Source of the DNA: a virus
Taxonomy: Duplodnaviria; Heunggongvirae; Uroviricota; Caudoviricetes
IMG/VR virus record: IMGVR_UViG_3300045988_154997
Coordinates: 1 to 64,000 of that record
Length of the DNA stretch: 64,000 nucleotides
Direction: 5' to 3' (one strand)
Positions 57,070 through 64,000 of this stretch are shown here, piece after piece. The notes under the pieces were generated by a model. That model was not told where the DNA came from. It did no database searches and saw only the letters and a program-made list of their open reading frames with translations. The stretch's first letter is position 1. The number at the start of each line of letters is the position of its first letter. A program made the position numbers and the translations under genes.

Positions 57070-57846
57070 TTAGTGGTTGGTAGACCTGGCATCAAATGTT
57101 GTAACGCCCACTTCAATGTGGCGGTCTTCTTTGGAGATGATGGTGAGAATCTGACTAGATGGGTCTATGCTGACAGCCATAGGGTTCCAGTGACGTAACT
57201 GAGCCTCGCTGTTCAATAGCAGCGCATCCCACGGTTTGACGCCATTCTGCCCAATACCACCTTCAACAAGGACATCTATAAATTCTTTATTTAAATTGTC
57301 ATAGATTTGGACACGCCCGACCAGAAGCATACCGACCGCCCAAATTCTGGCACCGTAAACCGTCTGATGGTCATCACATACCACATGGTCATGCCAATTG
57401 AGAAGGAAATTGTAAACTCTTCTAGCAAGTCCCTTTTGTTCCTTTGAAGGGGTTACAAATGCCCCTTTGATCTGGACACCAAGGTGAGAGCCTTTTTGTG
57501 AGCGAAACTGGAAACGTTTGTAGACGAACCTGGCAATCTGAATGCCGTCATCATCTTCTTGTTCATCACCAACTAACTCACGAACACTATGAACTATCTC
57601 TGCTTCTGAATACCCCTGCTCGTCAAGATCCATTGCATGTTCTTGAAGCCAATCTGCATCAGGGTCGCCTACAAATGATACTGTCAAACAGTAATCATAA
57701 TTAGATCCCGTCAAGGACCATTCTGTGAGCCGTAAAACAGAAAAATCAGAGTTAACCATGTAGCCAACTCTGATTTTCTCTCTTGCTTCACATTCAGGGA
57801 AATCAGACAGAACTTTTGAATACTCTGCTATGAATGATGGTGACAT
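57070..57846 (-). CDS. hypothetical protein
   Basis: 258-aa ORF, start adjacent to stop of 57847..58245. Confidence 0.5.
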   Translation of the reverse strand: MSPSFIAEYSKVLSDFPECEAREKIRVGYMVNSDFSVLRLTEWSLTGSNYDYCLTVSFVGDPDADWLQEHAMDLDEQGYSEAEIVHSVRELVGDEQEDDDGIQIARFVYKRFQFRSQKGSHLGVQIKGAFVTPSKEQKGLARRVYNFLLNWHDHVVCDDHQTVYGARIWAVGMLLVGRVQIYDNLNKEFIDVLVEGGIGQNGVKPWDALLLNSEAQLRHWNPMAVSIDPSSQILTIISKEDRHIEVGVTTFDARSTNH

Positions 57847-58245
57847 TTAGTTCGCAAGCCGCATATCCGTAGATGAATCCAGTTTCGCTATTTTAACATC
57901 TACGCGGTATTTATCTTTGATAAATTTAGCTATTTTGCTTTCAATCTCATAGAAAGCATCCTGTTCACAACGCACAACATCGGGAAACTGTTTTTCTGGC
58001 TTAACAAGAAAACGTAACCGATTGTTGAGCACCATCATTTCTGCAAACAATTTGATGGTAAACTTGCCTTCTTCAACGTCACTTTTAAGGTTAACGATGA
58101 AACGCTGATCCTTAAGCATACCCGGTTTGTTCATTTCACGAATTTGGAGCGAGTCATTCCAATGCCGCAACGGAACCGATGCGATCATCTTGGTACAGTC
58201 TCTTATCGTCTGAATAGAACGAGATGCGTTAAGTGCAGTATGCAT
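57847..58245 (-). CDS. hypothetical protein
   Basis: 132-aa ORF. Confidence 0.5.
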   Translation of the reverse strand: MHTALNASRSIQTIRDCTKMIASVPLRHWNDSLQIREMNKPGMLKDQRFIVNLKSDVEEGKFTIKLFAEMMVLNNRLRFLVKPEKQFPDVVRCEQDAFYEIESKIAKFIKDKYRVDVKIAKLDSSTDMRLAN

Positions 58246-58419
58246 GTTTCCACCTTAGCCGGTAATAACTTTATGTCATAGCGGCGACCTTGTCGGTTTA
58301 GAGGCTACGAGTATGCGTCGATTTATTAAAACAAGGTATGATTTACTTGACATCCATGCTTCAAATCTACCTTGTGCTCTAATAATATGCAAATTTTATG
58401 TTAGAAAATTCCGCTTTTA

Positions 58420-58650
58420 TTATGGCACTTTTCTGCCCCATCCACACAATCGCTCCCCTATCATATTGTGAAAAAGTACTTCCCTTTCAGTCTCTTCGGT
58501 CATGAGATCATCACGGCTGATGTATAGCGGTGTAGCCGCATCGCAGAAAAGCACACCAGAGGATTGAGGCTTAATCACGCAACCACTTATTGTGCAACTC
58601 ATGATGAACAGTAGAAGCATCTTTGCGCCGTAACTCATCAAGTGTTTCAT
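58420..58650 (-). CDS. o-spanin (Rz1-like outer-membrane lipoprotein), partly embedded in the i-spanin gene in another frame
   Basis: Signal peptide + lipobox MLLLFIMSCTISGC; overlaps 58571..58822 out of frame; exact start uncertain. Confidence 0.4.
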   Translation of the reverse strand: MKHLMSYGAKMLLLFIMSCTISGCVIKPQSSGVLFCDAATPLYISRDDLMTEETEREVLFHNMIGERLCGWGRKVP

Positions 58651-58822
58651 TTTTGACATCCACTGTGCTTTGAAGTCGTTTCCTGTCTTCCTGTTTTGCC
58701 TTCTCTTCCATTGCTCGTCGCGCCGCATTTCCGCCCATCGTGTAAGCGCCGACCAGAACGAAAAGAACGGCAGCCAGCGTAATCAAAGCAACTTTTAGCT
58801 TTGTCATCAGGCTGCCTAGCAT
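58571..58822 (-). CDS. i-spanin (Rz-like)
   Basis: N-terminal TM anchor LKVALITLAAVLFVLVGAY followed by charged coiled region. Confidence 0.5.
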   Translation of the reverse strand: MLGSLMTKLKVALITLAAVLFVLVGAYTMGGNAARRAMEEKAKQEDRKRLQSTVDVKNETLDELRRKDASTVHHELHNKWLRD

Positions 58823-58823
58823 A

Positions 58824-59543
58824 TTAGACCATCCCTTTCTGGTGTCTTCTTACCTGCGACCAGGCGATAAATCCAGCCACAACAATAGTGGCAATACCGA
58901 AGATGATGCGTACTGTATCCCCACTAGAGATATGACCTTGTGCTTTATCCATAGCAGCGGAAACCTGCGGCATAACATCGGCCAGCTGCGCCAGACCAAT
59001 ACCTGCTGTAACAGTTGCGCCTGCTGTTTCTTTAGTTACAGGAACAGCCTTCACGGTTTTCACCGGCTTAACGACGCCAGCTCGACGCAGACCTTCCTCA
59101 ATAACTTCTGCCGCATACCAGGTGTTCAGCGTTTTTAGCGGACCTCGCCCATTCTCATGGCGAATGATTGCCTCAACCAAAGGTCGAAGAATGTCGTAAT
59201 CATGCAGATCGATGATCATGTCTGCGGTTACACCAACGGCTTTAGACACCTCATTAATGTAGGCGTCAGTGTTGTTTTCATTCGGCGGTGCCCAACGTTC
59301 AATAACTTCACGAATGGTATCGATACTTGAGCCGTCTTTTGCGCGACGTTTGTCGTGGTAGGTAATTAGAGTCACCGCCAGCGCACGAATCCCCCAAACA
59401 GGGTCTTTAAACGTGCAAAAGCGCGGTTCGTCTGGATTCGCAACCAGACCTTGCCACGGTGATCCTTTATCAAGATTACCGGGGTTATTATTACGAATGC
59501 CTCTCGGAGTCTTCATCCTTGATCTCCTGTTATTGCAGTCCAT
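58824..59543 (-). CDS. putative endolysin / peptidoglycan hydrolase
   Basis: Position between holin-like gene and spanins; N-terminal GIRNNNPGNL motif which I associate with phage cell-wall hydrolases (unverified); C-terminal hydrophobic segment IIFGIATIVVAGFIAW. Confidence 0.4.
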   Translation of the reverse strand: MDCNNRRSRMKTPRGIRNNNPGNLDKGSPWQGLVANPDEPRFCTFKDPVWGIRALAVTLITYHDKRRAKDGSSIDTIREVIERWAPPNENNTDAYINEVSKAVGVTADMIIDLHDYDILRPLVEAIIRHENGRGPLKTLNTWYAAEVIEEGLRRAGVVKPVKTVKAVPVTKETAGATVTAGIGLAQLADVMPQVSAAMDKAQGHISSGDTVRIIFGIATIVVAGFIAWSQVRRHQKGMV

Positions 59544-59853
59544 TTTTTACGCCATACGCGGCTAACCCCAAAAGCAGTGCAGTAATAAAGAACGACGTTA
59601 TTTTAGAAACAATGCCGCCAAAGAACCCACTGGAGATGGAATCTAACCGGTTAAGGAGTTTGTCCAGATTGGAGTGTTGAATACTATGTTGCGCCGGGGT
59701 CATATCACCAAAGTAGGTTTTCAGCTGATCATTGACCTCCTGGCCAATTTCTTCACGTAGCTCTTTACCTAATTTGCCAACAACCTCCCGAGCAACGATC
59801 GCGGCAATACGCTCAACTTGCTCTGTTGTAACGCTCGCCATCTCGTTCGACAT
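59530..59853 (-). CDS. holin-like small membrane protein
   Basis: Start set at ATG 59853 (GGAGG RBS); single C-terminal hydrophobic segment; first gene of lysis cluster. Confidence 0.3.
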   Translation of the reverse strand: MSNEMASVTTEQVERIAAIVAREVVGKLGKELREEIGQEVNDQLKTYFGDMTPAQHSIQHSNLDKLLNRLDSISSGFFGGIVSKITSFFITALLLGLAAYGVKNGLQ

Positions 59854-59934
59854 GTTTTCCTCCATGAAAAGTCAAATCGGGATGGCGGATTTATATCACA
59901 TTTCACCCTTTTGTTGTAGGTGTGTACTTACCTA

Positions 59935-60168
59935 TCATTCAGCATTGCAACGAACTGATGAGAAAGCACCTACTCCTACCCATCGCCAGTTATAGATGCT
60001 ACCCGCTTTGTATAAGGTATAGTCGTTCACTTTTTTAACAGCATATATGGGTATGACTGTCTCCTGTCCACCAATGATAGCCTCACCGTAACATATAGGT
60101 GTCGGCAATTTCTGGCAGCCAGTAAGAGAGAGAACAACAGCTATTGTTAGAAATAATCTTTTCATCAT
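59935..60168 (-). CDS. small lipoprotein (candidate superinfection-exclusion/receptor-masking protein)
   Basis: 77 aa, signal peptide + lipobox LTGC; located directly downstream of tail-fibre genes. Confidence 0.5.
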   Translation of the reverse strand: MMKRLFLTIAVVLSLTGCQKLPTPICYGEAIIGGQETVIPIYAVKKVNDYTLYKAGSIYNWRWVGVGAFSSVRCNAE

Positions 60169-60175
60169 TTACTCA

Positions 60176-60784
60176 TCAGTTATACAGATTTCTATTTATT
60201 ACCGGTACTCTGCCATTTACGCTAAAACTATGGCCGCCATTAAGTTGGTTTACGAATATCGAGCTAACAGTATTTCCATATGCCGCATATCCATAAACCA
60301 TTGTCATGGCCCCGCCCGGTACTGGAACCGCGAACACATTTGCATATGTTGGGATTATCGCTGGCGGGTAATCAAAAACATGCCCTCCAGAACTGTTCCA
60401 CTCCGTATTATTAAGAAAGGTAAATGAAAGTGGGATATTTGCCGTATTATAGATCTCCTCTCCTCGCGCATTGAAAAAACTCATGCCCCAAGTTTCTTTT
60501 TTGGCTATACCTTTCGAAAATACGTATATCGTGGCACTAGAATCGCTACCCTGACCTCCGAAACTGTAAATCACCTGGTTGTTACGCACTATTCTGTTGG
60601 CTATTAATGAAACAGCTTTCGAATAGGCAACAAAAATCATCGGTGAACGATCTGGAGATATTTGGGTGTTAAACTCTGTCCCGCCAGACAAAGAAACAAC
60701 CTGCTTTCTCTGAAAAACGATAGGAGACAAAGAAGGAGACATCCAGACCTTCCCGTCAGATCGATATATCTTGCTTCCGTACAT
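60176..60784 (-). CDS. hypothetical protein, possibly tail-fibre-associated
   Basis: 202-aa Gly/Ser/Asn-rich ORF downstream of tail fibre. Confidence 0.45.
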   Translation of the reverse strand: MYGSKIYRSDGKVWMSPSLSPIVFQRKQVVSLSGGTEFNTQISPDRSPMIFVAYSKAVSLIANRIVRNNQVIYSFGGQGSDSSATIYVFSKGIAKKETWGMSFFNARGEEIYNTANIPLSFTFLNNTEWNSSGGHVFDYPPAIIPTYANVFAVPVPGGAMTMVYGYAAYGNTVSSIFVNQLNGGHSFSVNGRVPVINRNLYN

Positions 60785-61038
60785 TATTTTTGAAAAACCA
60801 ATATGTTTAAATTGCCACTAGCTCCAGACCATGAAATGGTATTTCCAGAAACCGTAAGACTTGTGTATTTCCCATTGGTTACGTCCATTATGTAATAGTC
60901 GATTCCCAATCCCGCCTCAACCTCATATGTTCTACTTCCTGAACCAGAGGGAGTAAAATAATCGAGGTAATAAACAGGGGCCAACGCATCGACCATCTCC
61001 TGTCTTGATGGCGACCAAACCTGTGCACCATAGCTCAT
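60784..61038 (-). CDS. hypothetical protein, possibly tail-fibre-associated
   Basis: 84-aa ORF, stop/start overlap with 60176..60784. Confidence 0.4.
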   Translation of the reverse strand: MSYGAQVWSPSRQEMVDALAPVYYLDYFTPSGSGSRTYEVEAGLGIDYYIMDVTNGKYTSLTVSGNTISWSGASGNLNILVFQK

Positions 61039-61098
61039 AAATATATCCTTATACTTTTAAGCAGGGGCTGGTTTAGTTCCAGCCCCGATTGAAGTTGT

Positions 61099-63909
61099 TT
61101 ATTCTTTAGGTGAATTTAACTTCGTTTCAAGCTCCTCAACCCTTTTGGTCAATTGCTGAATATGATGAATGAGTGGTACAACCAAACGCTCATACATCAC
61201 TCCTTCAGCGACCATACCATTTGAGGAAATATCTCCTGGAGAATCATTATTTGTTGGTTCACGCCAATGGACATATTGCGGGGCAATCTCACCAACCTCT
61301 TCAGCAATAAGGCCGTAATACCCCCAATCCTTTCGGTCACCTCGACAAATTGAACGATACCAAACAGGTCTTAATGACAAAAGTTCATCAGCATATCGAT
61401 CTTGTAATGTTTCAATATCCTTTTTATAGCGCCTTGAAGATGTTGAACGCCAAACTGTATTGATACCTGGGTTTGGATCAATGTACATATTGGCACCGCT
61501 AGTAGTTGTGCCAATATCCCATATAGCAAACCCTCCACTACCGCCTGATTTGACAACCAGTGTTTCAGCAATAATATCCAGGTTGCCACTATAGCCTGTC
61601 AGTGATGATCTGCTTGCATAGGAACTTAGAAGGTTTGTTACCTCTGTTTTCGTATAAGCATTAAGGTTAGCCGCAGTCAAAGTAATATCGGCAGAGCCAT
61701 CAAACGCCACACCAGCAATTTTCCTTGCTGTCTGCAATTTTGTGGCTGTTGCGGCATTACCAGTAGTATTCTGATTACCGGTTGTATTCACACCAGGGAT
61801 TGAATCCTTAGCGGTATATACCTGCGCCCACGCTGACCATGCCGCATCAGTGGTATCTCTTCTGGAGCGAATGAAAACCGGCGCATGTGCACCGCTCGTA
61901 CCACTCCAGCCAATAAGCAACTCGCCCTCACCAGCAGCACTCGCACCTTTCATGTGCAATACGTTGCCATACGTGGTCGGGTAGCTATTGTTGTACGCCT
62001 CGTACATTTGAATGCCAGCAGTACCTTGAGTAGAACCGCTTAAAGCCGTAACTCGACCACGAGAAACCAATGTATTAATATTGATATCACCTGAACCATC
62101 AAACTTAACACCATTGATGTTTCTCGCTGTTTGCAACTTCGTAGCTGTTGAAGCATTGCCATTCAAGCTACCATTTACGCCACCAGTAACATTTAGTCCA
62201 TTACCAATAGACACAACACCGCTGCTATTATTAATTATAATCGGTCGCAAACTGTTCCATGAACCTAACGTATCTCCTGATGCTGTTAGCATGAAATATG
62301 TGCTGCCGCCGTCATTACGGATAAAGAACCCGTAGTTACCGTAAGCAATGCGGAAACCATTTGCATATTTTGAAACGATCTCACCAGAAGACGTTAACCC
62401 TCCAGATAATGTGCCACCTGAAAGCGGTAATGCTCCTACATCAGAAGCTGTTGGTTTGTTTCTAGTGTTATAAGAACGACGCCAGCCTGGTGCATAATCA
62501 CTTCCATTGTACACATAAATAAATTCCGCATTGTTAACACCACCATGACCCGATGTTGTTGTCGTTGTAACACGAATAGTGTAGTGGCTTGTTGCCTTAT
62601 TACTAAACACCTCAATCACGGAACCAGATAGATCGATCCTACCGCAACCAGTGTCGTCTATATAATTATTGTTGGCGTAAGTCCATGAGCACCGTGCGAT
62701 CCAATGTTTGTTTGTAAATGCCCCCTGATTATTTAGCCAAGTTATAAATTGAGCAGTCGTAAATGCCGTTCCGTTACCACTATTTAACCATCCAGCGGCA
62801 GCGGTTGGCGCGTTTATATCAGCCGGCTGAGGCATAAATCCAGTCGTGTAAACCTGCTCCCAACCACTTTCAAAACCATAGCCATCTCTTGAGGAACGGT
62901 AGAACAGACCACCATTTTTATAGTGAGCTTTAATTTGAAGCGTACGGCAACTACCTACACCGGTATAAAAGTTGGCAAGAATATAACTGTCGCCTGTTCT
63001 AGTTACATTGTAAGCACCAGATTCAGCATTCCACGGCACGCCACCATCAGCATCCGCATATGACCCTGTTGCCCTTCTTGCGAAAGCGGCAACATGCGCA
63101 GCGGTTAAAGTGATATCAGTAGAACCATCAAATGGAACACCGGATATTTTTCTTGCAGTCTGAAGTTTTGTAGCAGTTGCAGCATTACCAGTGGTGTTCT
63201 GATTACCCGTAGTGTTTACACCTGGAAGGTTGATATTTGCAGAACCGTCGAAACCAACTCCACCGATAGATCTTGCCGTCTGCAATTTCGTTGCTGTACT
63301 TGCATTACCATTTAATGTTCCGGTGATCCCACCAGTAACAGACAACGGACCTGAAACTGTTCCTCCGGTTGTTGGCAGTGCTCCAATATCTAACGGCGTC
63401 GGTTTCTGATGTGTGCTATACATCGTATAAACAACACCATCGGTAACGCTGGAAGGCTTACTCGCTGAATATGTTGGCGATGTATAAATAGAAACTGACG
63501 CATTTGCAGTACAATCCCAATGGATATTTACACTCGTCGCATAATTGCCAATTTCAACGTAAATATCATATGTATCGCCGGATGTGTTGATCCAGGCGAA
63601 ATTCGTTAATCCGACAGCTGTACGCTTCCACAAAGCACCTGTAATCCCTTTGGGGTTTCCATTGCCTGCTCGTAGAACCAGTTCTGAAATGCCTGCCTGA
63701 TGTGGGGAGCCGACGTTGTAACCAGCGCCACCAATCAATGCGATGTAAACGATGGAACTCGCTTGTGGCATTGTAACAGTAGCCAGTTTGAACCACCCGG
63801 CCCCGCCAGAGAAAGACATCGTTATTGAATTTAAAGTACCAATATCTTTCGGCGTTAATGTGATATCCGCAGTCAGTGCTTTCCCGTTAATTTTTCGGTT
63901 AGATGGCAC
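61099..63909 (-). CDS. tail fibre protein with phage tail-fibre repeats and C-terminal intramolecular chaperone (S74-like) domain
   Basis: At least 4 copies of GNASTATKLQTAR.I.GV.FDGS.DI.L; C-terminal ...SSRRYKKDIETL... autoproteolysis-type motif; N-terminus may extend beyond the ORF-track start. Confidence 0.8.
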   Translation of the reverse strand: MPSNRKINGKALTADITLTPKDIGTLNSITMSFSGGAGWFKLATVTMPQASSIVYIALIGGAGYNVGSPHQAGISELVLRAGNGNPKGITGALWKRTAVGLTNFAWINTSGDTYDIYVEIGNYATSVNIHWDCTANASVSIYTSPTYSASKPSSVTDGVVYTMYSTHQKPTPLDIGALPTTGGTVSGPLSVTGGITGTLNGNASTATKLQTARSIGGVGFDGSANINLPGVNTTGNQNTTGNAATATKLQTARKISGVPFDGSTDITLTAAHVAAFARRATGSYADADGGVPWNAESGAYNVTRTGDSYILANFYTGVGSCRTLQIKAHYKNGGLFYRSSRDGYGFESGWEQVYTTGFMPQPADINAPTAAAGWLNSGNGTAFTTAQFITWLNNQGAFTNKHWIARCSWTYANNNYIDDTGCGRIDLSGSVIEVFSNKATSHYTIRVTTTTTSGHGGVNNAEFIYVYNGSDYAPGWRRSYNTRNKPTASDVGALPLSGGTLSGGLTSSGEIVSKYANGFRIAYGNYGFFIRNDGGSTYFMLTASGDTLGSWNSLRPIIINNSSGVVSIGNGLNVTGGVNGSLNGNASTATKLQTARNINGVKFDGSGDININTLVSRGRVTALSGSTQGTAGIQMYEAYNNSYPTTYGNVLHMKGASAAGEGELLIGWSGTSGAHAPVFIRSRRDTTDAAWSAWAQVYTAKDSIPGVNTTGNQNTTGNAATATKLQTARKIAGVAFDGSADITLTAANLNAYTKTEVTNLLSSYASRSSLTGYSGNLDIIAETLVVKSGGSGGFAIWDIGTTTSGANMYIDPNPGINTVWRSTSSRRYKKDIETLQDRYADELLSLRPVWYRSICRGDRKDWGYYGLIAEEVGEIAPQYVHWREPTNNDSPGDISSNGMVAEGVMYERLVVPLIHHIQQLTKRVEELETKLNSPKE

Positions 63910-64000
63910 CCTGCTGTTCGCATTGTCATTGACTACTTTAACTGCTTTTGGCGTTGCGGCCAGCGATTCACTGGTGCTGTCGACAGCACTGCTAAGTTTC

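Overview
The window reads as a backbone segment of a large enterobacterial phage or phage-plasmid; by gene content it resembles SSU5/pHCM2-type elements, but that is an inference from memory and no search was run. Most backbone genes are on the minus strand: a nucleotide-metabolism and replication block (RNase H, Dam-like N6-adenine methyltransferase, epsilon-like 3'-5' exonuclease, DHFR, thymidylate synthase, NrdA/NrdB, RuvC-like resolvase, SbcC/SbcD, RecA-like recombinase, FEN, DnaE-type polymerase, CobS/CobT-like AAA+/VWA pair, glutaredoxin, DNA ligase, T7-like primase, DnaB-like helicase). There is a P1-like iteron replicon (DnaA boxes, GATC heptamer cluster, 4 iterons, rep gene, 12 more iterons), a ParA/RHH partition pair, four clustered tRNAs (Ser, Thr, Tyr, Asn), a lysis cassette and a repeat-containing tail fibre. 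The window opens inside what looks like the 3' end of a type I restriction R-subunit gene. The most interesting signal is two visibly AT-rich accessory cassettes (41522..43581 on plus, 53877..55835 on minus) that share the same two-gene architecture: a DUF2971-like protein followed by a PD-(D/E)xK nuclease-like protein. I cannot assign them to any named defence system, so they are my best candidate for an undescribed system. Other AT-rich insertions are at 29602..30192, 39805..40794 and 48508..50300. Two recurrent intergenic elements (a roughly 21-bp palindrome 'GATAGGTAAGT...ACTTACCTATC' and 'TAAGAAAACAAnTTGTTTAA'), a shared translation-initiation sequence, and several large inverted repeats around the tRNA cluster point to element-specific regulation. 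All functional calls are from motif recognition by eye; no database search, GC calculation or tRNA/terminator program was run.
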